DNA from: Saccostrea echinata
Taxonomy: Eukaryota
Length of the DNA stretch: 64,000 nt
Reading direction: 5' to 3'
Assembly (NCBI RefSeq): GCF_033153115.1
Contig: NW_026889778.1
Coordinates: 8,184,001-8,248,000 of the forward strand
Below are positions 49,893 to 64,000 of this stretch, piece after piece. The notes under the pieces were generated by a model, which was not told where the DNA came from, did no database searches, and saw only the letters and a program-made list of their open reading frames with translations. Each line of letters starts with the position of its first letter. Within the stretch, counting starts at the first letter, position 1. Both the position numbers and the translations under genes were made by a program.

Positions 49893-51234
49893 CAATGTTT
49901 CAAGTATACAGTGTTATGCATCACAACATTTACATTGTTTCTTCTTTGAAACGCCAATTTATGCAATAGATTTAAAATACATGAGGCACCCCATGTTAAT
50001 TTCAATAGTCCCCGTCCACTGACATCAGGCACAAAGACAGGTGCGCGAGATTGACATGCACATAAGGCTCCCGACCTTTCACTTGGCGAAATTTACATTT
50101 AGGTTTAATTATCAAGAAATCAACTCACCTAAATTTGGAAGAATTATTACAAAGAAAACAGTTAGAAATGTAAATATTTAAGGATATGCAAATTATAATC
50201 CATTTAATGTATACTGTTTTGTTTTAATTACCTATGGATAAGTGTTGAATTCTTTGTAAATAATATGTGTCATCTTTAACAAAAAAATAAATAAATTGAT
50301 CATTTATATTTGAATATAATATCTCACAATTACACTTACTTAATTTGAATCAATTTACATTATTTATTGTTACTTAAAAAAATCAATTATGTGTATTTCA
50401 CAAATATATTATTTTAATACTTCTAGTCATTTTCCAAGTATTGTGAATTGTACATTAAGCTGTGATTAAATTAAGCTTTATCTAAACAATTCAAGCAATT
50501 TTTTAACAAAATTTTCAAGATTTATTTTCCAGAAGCAAATAATGATTCTACCAGTTTGTATTTAAATTTGAATAATATGATTAATGAATATTTTCAAGAT
50601 ATATCCCAAGTGATAAGAGGAAGATAACGAAAAGTGATCGATGTTTTTGTCACGCAATCTACAAAATTATTTAATGATATTGCATAAACATGTGTATTTG
50701 AAACGTTTTTATCTTTACTTTAGATGCATCAATTATTGAAAAATAAATAATTTATAAAATGTTAACCCTTCCCTTATGGCATTTTGTTAACTTTGTCATG
50801 GTTCTTCTCTGAGGTTTGCACTGAAATTGATGTGAAAATACACTTATGGAACTAGGAAAATCGTTTCAAAGCATAAAGTTTATCACTCAACATATTTAAG
50901 TCTGAATCCTTAGCTGTTTTGAGATATTTACATACGTAAGAGAAACCAAAGACGGATAGATTGTTTGACAGACAGCTAGATGTTTATGTATGATGACAAA
51001 ATTAGCATAAAAGAATTCCATGGGTAATAATTGTGAAAATAATGGCCTGGAAATTTTGTATGAAAAATGTCAACCGACATTCGACTTAACGACATACTGT
51101 AAATGCTGACAACGTAATTCTATCGACCATAGAATTTTTGAAATGTTGATTTTTAAATGAAACTGTTGATATTCTTGTAACATCAACTTATTTTTCAGTA
51201 GCTTGTCTCGTTTTGGAATTTGTTCGTTTATACA

Positions 51235-51990
51235 AACATGCTCTCGTGTATCAAATCAACTGGGAGACATAACTCATATTCAGATGATAATGGTATATTG
51301 CTACGTAAAGAAGGGAAGTTGACGAATCGACTTAGGAATGACAATTAATATCGTTAATTGATAAAATATCATCGACATATCTAAATTTTGAAATATAAAC
51401 CACTGCAAGTGATAATAAAAATATCTCTTACTATGGCCAATAAACATGTTATCTATTGAACTTGATAAAAGACACCACCGAGTCTGACATTTAGATCTTT
51501 TAGAAAGAAGACATTGATGGCAGACCAACAGCTAAAGTTTATGATAAACGTAATGAATAAACTTTTCTATCCTCCACTTCACCTGGATAGCTATATATCA
51601 TTATGACCTGCAGATGACATACATGTATTTAAGTTGATTCGATACACAAGTGCATGTTCTACGTTCGAACAATTTTTAAAAAGAGACAGGCTGCTGACGA
51701 CTGCTTGACTGTGCAAGGAATAAACAATTTCGTTTAATGTCAACATTTCACAAATTTTTTTTTCTGTACAAGAACAATTTTCAAATACTAAGTGTCATTA
51801 AATAGTACATACCATTGTGAATTCGTTATTTTCATACCGAATTGTTTACGGAATTCTTCGTTAAACTGATCGTGGCAATGAGGTCAAGGCAAGCGTGATC
51901 TGTCGACAGAATATGCTTATCCCTCCATATATGACACCTGATCCCGTCTCTGATGTTTGAAGGGGTCAGTGTTACATGTAGCTCTGCTCT
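51235..51990. mobile_element. Degenerate fragments of the same Penelope-like RT family in both orientations
   Basis: 51235-51330 matches 4457-4550 (minus-strand RT thumb). 51470-51990 carries the plus-strand version (AAAGTTTATGATAAACG, TTGATTCGATACACAAGTGCATGTTCTACG, CACCTGATCCC). Confidence 0.65.
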
Positions 51991-54240
51991 AATTGTAATG
52001 TTTATTTCTTTCTTTTCTTTTTTTTTTGGTTAGTCTTTTCATTTTCTATTTTTTCCATGACCGTAAAACTCTTCCCAAGTCTAAAAATAAATATCTAGGA
52101 TGTTATAATCAGCTCTCAAACTCCAAAGAAACATAAAAAGCTAGACTCACTTTATCCGTAAAATGGTCATGCCCATATATCAATTAAGTGACCAAGAACC
52201 AATTTCCCCTTTCAAACATAAATATATATTTGAGAATTAGTGTTTTCAATGTCTTTATAACAAATTTCCAATGAAAGTCCTGATTTGATAAAAAAGAAAT
52301 GTTCTGATATTAAAAAACCCGAATGTATTCGAGTAACTTCAGCAAAGAATTAAAATATGAGCCCATCTCTTGATAAAAAAAAAAAACAAAAACAGACTTC
52401 AGATACAGTTCTTTCATTATATAATTGGACAATTTGAATCAGAAAGCTGTGCTCGATTCAGAATATTTAAAAAAAAAAAAAAGCTTAACTTTTCGTCATT
52501 TTTAGAGGAATGATATATAATATATGGACTTGCAAGATAAGTTTTGTGATTTTCAATACATATGCAGGCATCGAGGATTCAAACGATATTCAATGTGTTT
52601 TCAACTATAATTTAGCAGTTTTGATTTTTAGAAATTCAAAGGTCCAAGAAAGGCCCTAAGTACGTGTAAATTATGTTCTTTCCATGAAATGACAATACCA
52701 GATGTAAGTGATTTTCACAGTTACTGACTTTTGTTTTGATCTTTTAAAAGTAATTCAAAATCCACATTATTGTATTGGGTGAGAATAGGATTACTGTATA
52801 TTTGTTGTTATCTAATTCAACAACTTTTTGAATAAATTACTGGGATTCAAAGAAGATAGTACAGTGAATCTTTTTAATCTGAATGTGGTATAATTCGAAA
52901 TCTTGCCTTTCACAAAAACTTTCAGTTTCTATTCTTGTCAACATTTAAACTGCATGTAGTAATACATGTATTTTGCTTAAAGCAAGGAACTGTTGACAAG
53001 TTTCTTGAAAGTTAAGGATCAAAACCTATATTTCACTTGAAATAATTGTCCTATTATGATTATCTTCCATACTGATACATGTGTAAGAATATAAACGTCT
53101 CAGAGTATTTTATAAATTGAAACGCTTATCAGATAAAGTATGAAGTTTATTATTGCAATATGTACAGCTCTCGAAGGCGAAATTATTCTTTTCATGACAA
53201 TTTGTGCCCAGTATTTGTGAATTTAAGATTAAAATCATTTTGTAAGTACTGGATGGGAACGTCAACACTGTAATTAGGGCTTTTACATCTTTTTTTTATC
53301 TATTCTCTGTCCTCTTAACATTTCAAATATGTGTAAATTCTTTACAAGGCAGTGTATGTCCTTCAAAACGTATAATGCACGATCTTTCCTGATTATTGTT
53401 AAATAAAAATTACCATGGGTCATATTTGCCCTCAGTACATAATGACATGCTTGTGATTTTAAAAGTTACATAATTAGTTTGTGCAGTTTCATGGAGTCAT
53501 CAAGGATGTGAAATCGAAATCTGCTCAGGACGAAACAATGCCTAGTTTTAAGCCACAAACTAATTGTGTAAAGAATTTTCCCCCTGAAGGCCTTTACAAG
53601 ATCAGAATGTATGTTATGAGGTCAGTAACATAATAGAAATATATAATTTATAAAAATAATTTAAAATATTGAGCACCATATCGATCAGTAATTTTAACAA
53701 ACCGTTTCCTTTCATCAGATACACGTCGATCATATAATCTTGTGGCTGATTTTTTATACGCCCCCTCATCTGGATGTGATTTGTTTTTAACAAAACAATA
53801 TTTTGAACTTAGATAAAAAGAAATTGTTTTGTTTAGTATATGTTTCATAATTAAACTCTTTTCCCAATTCTTTCTTGACTTGATTATTTAAATCTAGTGC
53901 TAATGAATGTTAAATGTGACTATAAACTGATCTGATTAAGTGGAACTGTGAACTATATTATATCGTAGACCACTCCTTTTTTATGTTAATGGACACTTAA
54001 TTTGTATAATTTACTGATCTCATTTCTACGAGAACTTTGAACGCTATAATATCGTAGTAATTTACTTTTTATAATAATACTTGTATGTAGTCAAACCCGT
54101 AGGATTATAATACACCAATCAATATCTCAAGTATTAGAAAATGCAATCTTGGTATCTAAGTATAATCCAAAATATTTTATCCTTCTTCAGTCAATTCAAT
54201 GCTTCGATTTTGATTTTTAACTGCAAAGGCTATTTCGTTA

Positions 54241-54881
54241 TTTTTAGCTTTCACGAGCTGAAAGCTCACGTGAGGTTTTTCGAATTTTCTTTTGTGTTCG
54301 TCTGTCCATCTTTCTGTACACTTTTAATATTATCGACTTTTCCTCAATAACCAAGGGACATATTTCAACCAAACATGCCGCACAACATGTTTGGGTCAAA
54401 GGTATTTACATCTATGAACATCTATCATCCCTTCAAATGAAGGGCCACTCACTCATTCAAGAGGAGATATTTAAGAATTAATGAAAATATGGTGACATCT
54501 TTAAAAAGAAAATTTTACCTCGAGAATCAGTGGGTCAGAGAACTTCAATACATCGTGTAGATTCGGGTTTGTTCAAATCATGAAACTGGGGAAAGCATTG
54601 GGCCTCAACAGGAGATCAAAGTTTTAAATAGGAATATAAGAATAGGAATATATTGAAAGAACTCTAGTAATCTTTTTTTCAAGAACAGTAGAGCTATAAT
54701 AAACCATATTGATATGGAAGCATTCTCAGCTAGTGTAGATTCAAGTGTGTTCAAATCATGACCCCGAGGTAAGGCTGCAATGTGATCAAAATTTACAGAG
54801 GAATATATAGGGAAAATACAATGAAGAATAGCAGGGCCATAGTTACTTATGTGAGCCTTGTGATCCATTGACCTCTTGTTT
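54241..54881 (+). mobile_element. HINE-like element with satellite-type internal repeats
   Basis: 5' TTTTTAGCTTTCACGAGCTGAAAGCTCACGTGAG hairpin, repeated GTGTAGATTC...GTTCAAATCATGA units, 3' GTGAGCC...CCTCTTGTTT. Confidence 0.65.
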
Positions 54882-55369
54882 CGGAAATATTTATTTTAAT
54901 AAAGCGAACTTTAACCATTGCAATTAAATCTTTGATAATTCCCCTTATCTGATATGTAATAATGGTTAAACACGTTATTTTAAGGAAGGATCAAAGAAGG
55001 GAGTAAGGTGCTTGTGAGAAATGAATCAAACAATTCTGTAAAACTTAAGACGAGGTTTGGCAAATATTACATTAATTCATCTTCTCATATATGCATTAAG
55101 TGAGGTGAAACCATACACATGACAGTGCATATGGATAAAACCTTTTTTCAGATATATACTTCTTGGACCAAGGATTTATTTTAGATTTGTTTTATTCAAA
55201 ATTTAATAGCACAAAAAGCAAATTTTGTTTACAGAAATCAGCAATATATGCCATAGATTTTTGTCTATATAGATATACTGAATAATGTCTACCAGAGTGG
55301 ATACTGATTTCTTCGTCATTACACTTGTCCTGATTTCTATAGAAACTCCCTAACATGAAATACTTTGAT

Positions 55370-56305
55370 AAACTATAGTTGACAATAGTTAACTATAGTT
55401 TACTATAGTGTCAAAGTTATCACTTTGATTTACTTTAGTAAAAACTTTGAAACTTTGATTTACTATAGTGAAAACTTTGAAATTTTGATTTACTTTAGTG
55501 AAAACTTTGAATTACTATAGAAAAACTTTGATACTTTGATTGACTGTAGTGAAAACGTTGATACTTTGATTGACTATAATGAACATTTTGAAACTTTGAT
55601 TCACTAAAGCAAACATTTTGATACTTTAATTAACCATAGGAAAAATTTTGACATTCTTATTTGAGATAGTGGAAACTTTCCTCCATGGCACCTGATCCCA
55701 CCTCTAAATTTTGAGGTCCGTATTTGCTCTGCTCCTAATTTGTATCGTTTCGTTGGACTTTCGAGATTGAATACTGTTCGTTATCTTCATATTTCACTTT
55801 ATACAATAATAGTATTCTTTTTAATTCCCATTCTAGACAATATGTGGTAGTTCGTATTCAAAATTTAAAAGCGTTTCAGAGACTTGTAACCCCCCCCCCC
55901 CCAAAAAAAAAAAATTAGATGATTCACTGAAACTTCCTTAACCTTGTTAGATATATAATATTTATATAAACTGTAGTATTAATTTTGATACTTTGAAAAA
56001 CAATATTGAAAATTTTGATACTATGAAAAACAATATTGAAAATGTTGATACTTTGAAAATCTATAGTGAAAACTGATACTTTGAAAACTAAAGTAAAAAC
56101 TTTGAAACTTTAATTCACTATGGTAAAAGCTTTGAAAATTTGATTTACTGTAGTGAAAACTTTGAAACTTGAATTTAATATAGTGAAAACCTAGATACTT
56201 TGATTTACTATTAATAGTGAAAATTTTGACACTTTGATTAATTATAGTAAAAACTTTGAAACAATGATTTACTATAGATACCAACAGTAAACTATAGTTA
56301 ATTAT
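55370..56305. repeat. Degenerate ~30-bp tandem repeat (TTTGAAACTTTGATTTACTATAGTGAAAAC) interrupted by a retroelement 3' fragment
   Basis: Arrays at 55410-55680 and 55980-56280, bounded by AACTATAGTTTAC / GTAAACTATAGTT inverted motifs. The PLE-like 3' end lies at 55680-55797. Confidence 0.7.
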
Positions 56306-58048
56306 AATATTTTGTTTTGTTACAGTTACCACAGCGTCCTTTACTTGGTGACCAAATAATTTTACGATTTCTTCATATTTCAGGAATTTGTTGTTTACTG
56401 TAAAATTACATATTTTCGTGCAGTCAATTGTTCGCGGTTTGAGTGGGAAAAATATTGGTTCATAAGGATTAGATTTTGTGGATGAAGAATTGTTTAGTAG
56501 TTATGGATATGAAATTTTACATTACGTGGTGAACATGAATTCGTGGGTCTCTTCGTACCTACAAAACAACGAAAATTAAACTCCAATTAAAAATGAGTGA
56601 TTTCACCGTATGTTATTTCTAAAAACAAATTACTTAAAAAGTATACATGTAGTTTTTTTTTGGTGCTATTTATCCTTGAAGATGACATTACTCAGATGAC
56701 AAGAAAATCCACTGATAAGAATGATAAACCAAGTAGCCTATTGTACATTGTAGACTCATGATTTAAGTGTTATAATTATTCATTTTCAAAATAACTAGGT
56801 CAATGACCTTCTTTTTATGCTAGTTGCCCCTGAGTATTTCTTGGAAAAATACATCAATTATTTAAAGAAATAAACAACGTTATTCAGTGAACATGGCGTC
56901 ATGAATAGCAATTGCTCTGCTGGCATATTCCATGATGCGCGCAAAAAAACTAAACAAAATCAGTTTTCTGCAAATAATCAAAAATTAAATCAACTCTTTA
57001 ATTAGTGTATTATTTGTATATTTGACAGATAAACATAGCAATGTTGTTTAAGTTTCCAATGGCCAATGATATATTTCTACTCAGTTCTGGCCAGGACTTG
57101 TTCACATGAACCTCAGCCGAACTACACAATATGATGGAGCGTATGATGTTTAGTCTATAGTTACCCGAACCAGTTCATAGTACAACAGTTCTTGTACTTC
57201 TCCAGCACGCACGAGTAGTTAGAAAACGTGATACAGCAACTAAATCCTCTATAGTGAATCTGCTGGAACAATTGTAGAACTATTGTTACGTAAACATTAT
57301 TAAAACACTAACTAGAGCTGGTATACAGACAAATAATGACCCGAAAGTCTAATGATCTGAGATCATTAATTTATGCCGAGAAGTGATCTCAAGTCATTTA
57401 TTCTAGGCAGGGAAGTGAAAGCATAAAGAAGAAAAACACCTGTAGAATAATTATATCCTTATTCTATTAAGGTTTATATGACTTAAAAGAGATGCATCTA
57501 ATTATAAATGTTCAAATGGTCAAAAAATATGATTTGTGAAGATAGTCAACACTTCTTAATTAAAGATACATAATGAGTCAAAATCATGTGATTCTTTTAA
57601 GATAAATATCATACATATAAAACAAAAGAATTTATGTGAAGTATGTATAAAGCGAAGTTTTGACAACTCATTTGCACTGTAAAGCAAGAAATGTAATTGA
57701 TGGAAAAGCAAAGTTTGTATCTATCGCGTGGTAGTTATTTTCATCAATTTGCATCAATTTCAGCGATGCGAAGGTCACGTATCTTTTATTTTCAAGTTGA
57801 AAGTTAAGTAAACAACATTGAGTTGGAGCAAGCAAAAGTGAGGAATAATTTCTGATCATTTTTTTTGAATATTGTATCAAAATCATCGGTCATCCGACAT
57901 TTATATCTATGGAACTGACACCATGTTAGGTTCTTACACTTTCTGTATGACATCACACAAAAATATCAGTGCTCCAAAATACCACAAACGAAACGATTTA
58001 CTATTTTAAACTGTCGGATAGCTTTTAACTACTTCAATATTTACTTGA

Positions 58049-58880
58049 CTAGGGAATGTACGGAAAGTATATGAATAAAATCATAAAACAGACATCGCAT
58101 TGAAGTTAATGGCATATTTTATATCTACAAATAATTTTATATTTGATTACAAAATACATTTTTTATTGTATAAAATAAAACTTGATCCGCATCTCACTGT
58201 ATACGAACTACGTCAAATTTTACGATATGACGTCACATTGGGAAGTGCATTGTGATCAGTGATACTCTTTATATTTTGCTGTGTGGGATTTAAACAAGGA
58301 CAAAATGCATGCAATAGTAAGGAATATTTCCGTATATTCGTATACAGATTCATTGAAGGGAAATAGAAGGGCGTGAAATCGATATATTGCAAGGGCATAC
58401 CCTCGATGGATCATGACAAGCTTTTACACATAAACTTAAGAAGTATAAAAATATATGAAAAGTGCTGCAAACCTGATGAATTCTTGCAAATGAATTAATT
58501 TTATCTATATTCAATGTAGTTGAGTAGCAAAATATTCCACATGCGGTCTAACAAATGACATTTTAGCAATTAGATAGTAGAATATATATAGGTTCGCAGC
58601 ACTTCTCACAAACTACAAAAGTGTTAAAAATAGTCAGAAATTAAACTTGCAATATTGGAATTTAAAAATGAACTCAATACTGCAGGTATATTTGCTAGAA
58701 TCATGTGACTGCCACATCACGTGACAAGTCTAATAAGAAATCTAATCGTCCTCAACATGCAGTTTTGAACCACATTACATTTGTCCGATAATGGTTAAGT
58801 CCTAAAAAGAATCGTCCATCCTTGTAAAGAATGTATTTTCCATCTAAAAAATTCGCCGATATTTCCATTTGGCACCTTAA
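58049..58880. mobile_element. Partial DNA transposon relic of the same family: central segment plus opposite arm
   Basis: Ends CCATTTGGCACCTTAA. Homology to 7482-8349 as described above. Confidence 0.7.
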
Positions 58881-59389
58881 GTGAACTGTGTGGAGCTTTA
58901 ATAAATGTAGGCCTGGAGTTTCCTCTCCTATTTAGGTTCATTTTTGATAAATCTCTAAATAAAGATTAAATTCCGATTTTTTTCCAACTCAGTATAGATA
59001 TTTTTAGTTCCAGCTTTCCATTCCAAAATCTCTTAGCATTAAGATTCTTCAAAGGAAACTGATCCATATTTTTAAGCAGAATAAATGTTTTGATAGTGTT
59101 CTTGTTAAAGTTAAAAGGATGCTTTCAAAACATCCTATGACTTTCAGGAAATCACCAGGGTCCGGTTTTTCAAAAGGTTTTTAAATTTAACACAGTAGTT
59201 AGGATAACAATGTGTTAAATCCTAATAAGGTGATTAGCTTACACAGTGGTTAAACTGTGTTGATCAAAAGCAATTTAACGCAATTGTTAACTAACATTGT
59301 GTTAACTATGACTTTCAGGAAATCACCAATAAACAATAAACATCACCATATCTTGAAGTGTCAATGTTATTTTGCATGTTGTCTTAAAG

Positions 59390-62300
59390 GTGACGTAATC
59401 TTAAAGCAATTAAATAAGGACAAGGAAGGAAAATTCCTGCAAGGAAATGTGTTTATATTTCGTGCATGTGAGTATAAAGCTATGAATAATGAAACAGTCG
59501 TTATAATACCGAAGATATTTAAACGAAATATATATATTGGGTTCTTCATTTTCAATATCTGTGTATTTATTTTGGCCTTTTGAATCCTATTTTGTGCTGG
59601 CCAACTTATCCGTTAATGCAGTACTCTAGGTACCTCTTCTAAAACAAATGGGTTCTTTTTTTTCGATCCAAGGTTATAATATTCCATTCAAACACAGGGA
59701 GAAATAATGTTTTCCAATAAAATCTTCATATGCAATACTGCCAACTGAAACAGAAACTGACAAGAAAAAAGTATTATTGTTTGAAGACCTACACAATGTG
59801 CTTATGGACAATAAAAAATTCATGGAAATGATGAGGAAGAAACTATTAAAGTATCATGACAAATAAAATTTTTAAAGCGGAAGTAAATCAGAAAACCCAG
59901 GATGACTTTGCAGAAAGAAAGTGCAAATCATAACTTTAATCAGCGCAAAAATCTAACTTGGGTTTTATTTTGTAATCTATAAGCTAGTTATTGCGTATTG
60001 ACAAATAAAATTCGTCAATTTAATTTCAGTGTCTACAATCATCAACAGAGATTGCTTTTCATATTTTTTTCCATATGTGTTGGTATTTATACTACAATAT
60101 ATCTCCATATGTGACTAGACCGACTTACAGGAAAAATGCTTGTGCAATAGTCAAAAACCGTGGGCCTGAGCCCTGGCTACAGCAAAACAAAGTTGTTAAA
60201 CTTACACTACTGGAGTAAAGGTTTGAAGGTGTTTTGAATAAGGCTCCAAAAATCGAGATTCTGTGCTGGGCGCTCGACAACCATCGTAGTATTTCATCTG
60301 TTGTTTATTAAAGATTTAACACAATGCTTAATTGAGATGTTATTTGATTTAAAGAAAAGATTTTATTTAAAGGAATTGTCATAATTCATTTCAATGGTTT
60401 ATCTTCCTGAAGATTTAAAATGCAATAAATTTAAAAAAGTCACACATTTTAATTTAAACAAAGACGTTACTTTTATTTCTTCCTTTACAATAACAAGAAC
60501 ATTTTTGTAACTTCATATGAATCTGGAGCATAAATTAACCTCAATTATTCTTCCCAAAGATAATAATGATTTAAAAAAAACAGAAAAAGAGCTAGATCTC
60601 ATAATATCAAATGCAGAATACATAACACAACAGAAAGCTTAAAATTGCAAAGTAAAAATATTCTTGAACACTTTCCAGCTTTCAATGAAACTCTATGTGA
60701 TTGGTTTCTTTTTGTAAAGAATCTCTGTATGAAAAATAATTGATTTCAAAATCCAAACAAGTAATTTTACATGAATAATATCAGTTATAAATATTTTTAT
60801 CATAAAACAGTGTGCTATTTAGGAAAATGACTACACGATATTGAATATTTATGCATACCCCCTCTTAAAGCAGATACAAATCTTATTCCTGAATTTTGTG
60901 TCAAAATAACCGTAAATAAAAGGGTTGATAATTTGATTCAAAAACACAAAACGTGCAAAATAAAGTAATGCAAGAGTCTGGGCTTGTGAAAGGTTTACGA
61001 AACTAAAATCTTCATTTGTGTACACAAGAATCAAAATGACAAGTGGTGGTATGTAAGAAAAGATATAAACAAGTATTATAACGAAAAACATCCAAGTCAC
61101 TCTTCTCTGCACAGACGCCATTTTTGTGCTTGACTTTTTATTTGCTGTGCTTTTACGATCACCCACATTTGTTTCAACCCCAATTTTAGAGATATTATTT
61201 GATGATTTACGAACAGTGTCTTGGCAATTATTTGTTGGAATATTTAATTTTCTCTCATTTAATTGTATTACTTTTGAATCTTTGACATTGTTGGTAGAGT
61301 CTACAAAACCATTCTCTGCTTCAGTTGTTTGCGTTGCACATGATGATTCCATAATCTCTTCTCTATAAGCTTCAGTTTTCCTGGATCTTTCAAGAAAGGA
61401 ACGTCTAACTCGCTTCAAAACAGGAATATATAAACCCGCTGTAATAAATATGTTTGCCAGCATAATAAGAGTCAAAAATCCAAAATACACGGTTATTGTT
61501 GGTGACGAGTCTACAGAAAATTTACATATCTTAGTGGTAACATTGTGGTCCATGAATACTTCTATTGACTCTAATACCCCAGCTGTCCAAAGCAGAGGAG
61601 CAGAGTAAGCCACAGAAATTCCACACACTACTCCAAAGAAAACTCTTTTCAAATTAAGGGTCATTTTTGGACCGAAAGGTTTACAAACAAGAAGGTATCT
61701 CTGAATAGATATAACAAGAAGTATATGAGCCGACGCTCCAGGAACACAAGTCTGTAAAAATGAGAGAATTCGACAAGCAGTATCACTCGGGTAATTGAAG
61801 AAGAAGGTATTGTCCATGATGTAGAAAGGGGGACTTGTAAAACACGCCACAAGGTCAATGATAGCAAGTAACGGAATAAAATAACGCTCTCCTCTCTCCT
61901 TGATGCGAAAAAAGTAGAAAAATATAATGACAGAGTTCCCAGTGATGCCGATCAAAGCACAAAGAACAATGAACATGGTGCTGCTGAGATAACTATTGAA
62001 ATATCTTCGTTGTAATAGCTCCTGATAATCTGTGTCGTTATACATTAGTGAAATCCAATGCTCATCGTAAGGGATTTAAGACAAATAACATATTTCTTCC
62101 TTGTGTTAAATACTTAAATGTTCTGACTTAAAGCTACAATTCATTTGTGAAAATTCAAAGTTAGGTGTGTAAGTAATTTCAATAAGTTATATATGTATTC
62201 AAGGTCAATGAAAAGGAAAAAAATTATAAAAAAAATACTGGAAACTTTATATAAGCTGATAGGAATACTGCCATTAATTGCAGAAGCATTGGTATTGAAG

Positions 62301-63285
62301 AACATTTATGAATAAATTGTATCATTTACAAAGTAATGTGTTCATAATTTGCAATAAATAATTTGTGTCCACCACAAATGGTCAACGTCCACTTATGAAA
62401 CAAATTCAGTCCTTCTTGGAATGGCAAATTGATCCACTATTTGAAAGAAATATATTCTAATTAAGCAGAAATTCGTCCATGTAGATAAAATTGATATAAA
62501 TTGATCAATAATGGATGCAAAATGCTATACTAATGAAACATCATATCATTAGTAGATTCTGTGTAATTAGTAGTTGTAGTTAAAGTTACATATACTTCAC
62601 ATTAATCTGGCATTATTTTGTCACTTGAATTACAATTGAACGCAACCACTTTCAATAAGTGGATCGCTCTCAGATCTTCCAAGTGTGTACAATTCAATGA
62701 TATTAATTATTATTAACTTGCTGATGCTCCTGCAAGACCCTTTACTGATGATGGATTCATAAGCATGTATGCGGATGGAGTTTATATTTTTGATTTTTAT
62801 ATATAAATGTATTTTATGCATATTCTTGTTGACCATGCCTGTTTCTTGTCCAGATCAATTTTAATCATTCTAATAAATAATTTAATTATTTTCAAGAAAA
62901 TAATACTTTACATGTAAAATACGATTTTTTTAAGGAAAATAAAATTGATTTCCATTCAAGTGTATTTCACAACTCAATCTGTTTTAAGATGTGCAGTAAA
63001 TTTAAACAATAAAATAAGAAATGATTCAATTAAAGATCTACTACTATAGCTGCCAAAGTTATATTGTTTAACCTAGGTTGGTGCAATGGAACAGTTTATA
63101 AAAAATATTGTGACGTAGACAACACATGCTATACGATATCCAATGAAATGACGCTTTACAACCAGAATTAAATCATTGTGAGAAAGCATTGGAAGTAAAG
63201 GATTTGGTGATTTTCAATTTATTCCGTGTACATTCGATGCAAAAGTAAGGGCTACAAGTTTTGAATGACAAGCTTATGCCAATTT
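59390..63285. repeat. Segmental duplication unit carrying the GPCR (paralogous to ~39340-43950; third unit starts ~63609)
   Basis: Shared non-coding blocks: GGACAAGGAAGGAAAATT (39365/59418), CAACTGAAACAGAAA (39973/59742/63786), and TATTGTGACGTAGACAACA (43770/63106). Confidence 0.9.
60849..62045 (-). CDS. Class A orphan GPCR, intronless ORF, copy 2 (398 aa), close paralogue of 42091-43302
   Basis: Same motifs (GITGN, LAIID, SIQRY, FSYIP, NPFIY). Aligns end-to-end with copy 1 by eye, and the flanking DNA is also homologous. Confidence 0.95.
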   Translation of the reverse strand: MYNDTDYQELLQRRYFNSYLSSTMFIVLCALIGITGNSVIIFFYFFRIKERGERYFIPLLAIIDLVACFTSPPFYIMDNTFFFNYPSDTACRILSFLQTCVPGASAHILLVISIQRYLLVCKPFGPKMTLNLKRVFFGVVCGISVAYSAPLLWTAGVLESIEVFMDHNVTTKICKFSVDSSPTITVYFGFLTLIMLANIFITAGLYIPVLKRVRRSFLERSRKTEAYREEIMESSCATQTTEAENGFVDSTNNVKDSKVIQLNERKLNIPTNNCQDTVRKSSNNISKIGVETNVGDRKSTANKKSSTKMASVQRRVTWMFFVIILVYIFSYIPPLVILILVYTNEDFSFVNLSQAQTLALLYFARFVFLNQIINPFIYGYFDTKFRNKICICFKRGYA

Positions 63286-64000
63286 ACTTTGAATAATCGC
63301 GCAGGCCAATTAAATTCTTTAAATTAACAGTCAATAAAGAAAAAAAAAAGAAAACAAATTCTTTTAAATTAGCATCTAAGTAATACTTAGTTCTTTGTGA
63401 TTAGTTGTTTTTGTTCTGAACCCCCCCCCCCCCAATAAAGAAAACCTTCATGCATGATCCTTTGCGTCTTTTTGATCCCAAAAATATTAAATTCTATTGC
63501 ATTATAGTATTGGGCTATAGAAACAAGTTTTGAAGACAAATAATACGTGTTTGAACCAGAATGTGACGAATGCGCTATATATAAATTTTTATTTTCACTC
63601 ACAATCTACAATATTTGTGTATTTATTTTGGCCTTTTGAGTCTTATTTTGTGCTGGCCAACTTATCCATTACTGCAGTACTCTAGGTACCTCTTCTAAAA
63701 CAAATGGATTTTTCCCAAGGTTAAATGTACCATTCAAACACGGGGAGTAATAATGTTTCCCAATAAAATTTATATGCAACACTGTCAACTGAAACAGAAA
63801 TTGACAAGGAAAAAGTATTATACCGTTTAAAGACCTACGCAATGTTCTAATGGACAATCAAAACTTCATGGAAATGATGAGGAAGAAACTGTTAAAGTAT
63901 CATGACAAATTAAATTTCAAAAGCGGAAGTAAATCAGAAAATTCAAGATGACTTTGCAGAAAGAAATCAGTGCACAAGCTCACGTTAATCAGCGCAAATT

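Overview
AT-rich, intron-containing animal DNA. The repeat families (Helentron-type HINEs, a Deu/Nin-type tRNA SINE, Penelope-like RT fragments) suggest a bivalve mollusc, probably an oyster; this is inference. I reconstructed exons by hand from GT-AG boundaries. (1) A large minus-strand ankyrin-repeat locus (26466 to <671). Its first 19 coding exons are all joined by phase-0 introns and end in a CaaX box (CAIL*). Two more copies of a 4-exon ankyrin module follow and may be reached through a donor inside the CaaX exon. One intron holds a 32-bp minisatellite copied from the adjacent exon. (2) A tandem pair of small genes encoding Cys/Asp-rich, metallothionein-like N-termini fused to an Arg-rich segment and a PPSYDEV tail. 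(3) Two class A GPCR paralogues with intronless ORFs in a ~4-kb segmental duplication, with a third unit starting at the window end. (4) Between the GPCRs, a two-TM NIT-domain (nitrate/nitrite-sensing) guanylyl cyclase whose catalytic Arg is replaced. Many MITE, HINE, SINE and LINE relics are interspersed. Exon structures are predictions without transcript support.
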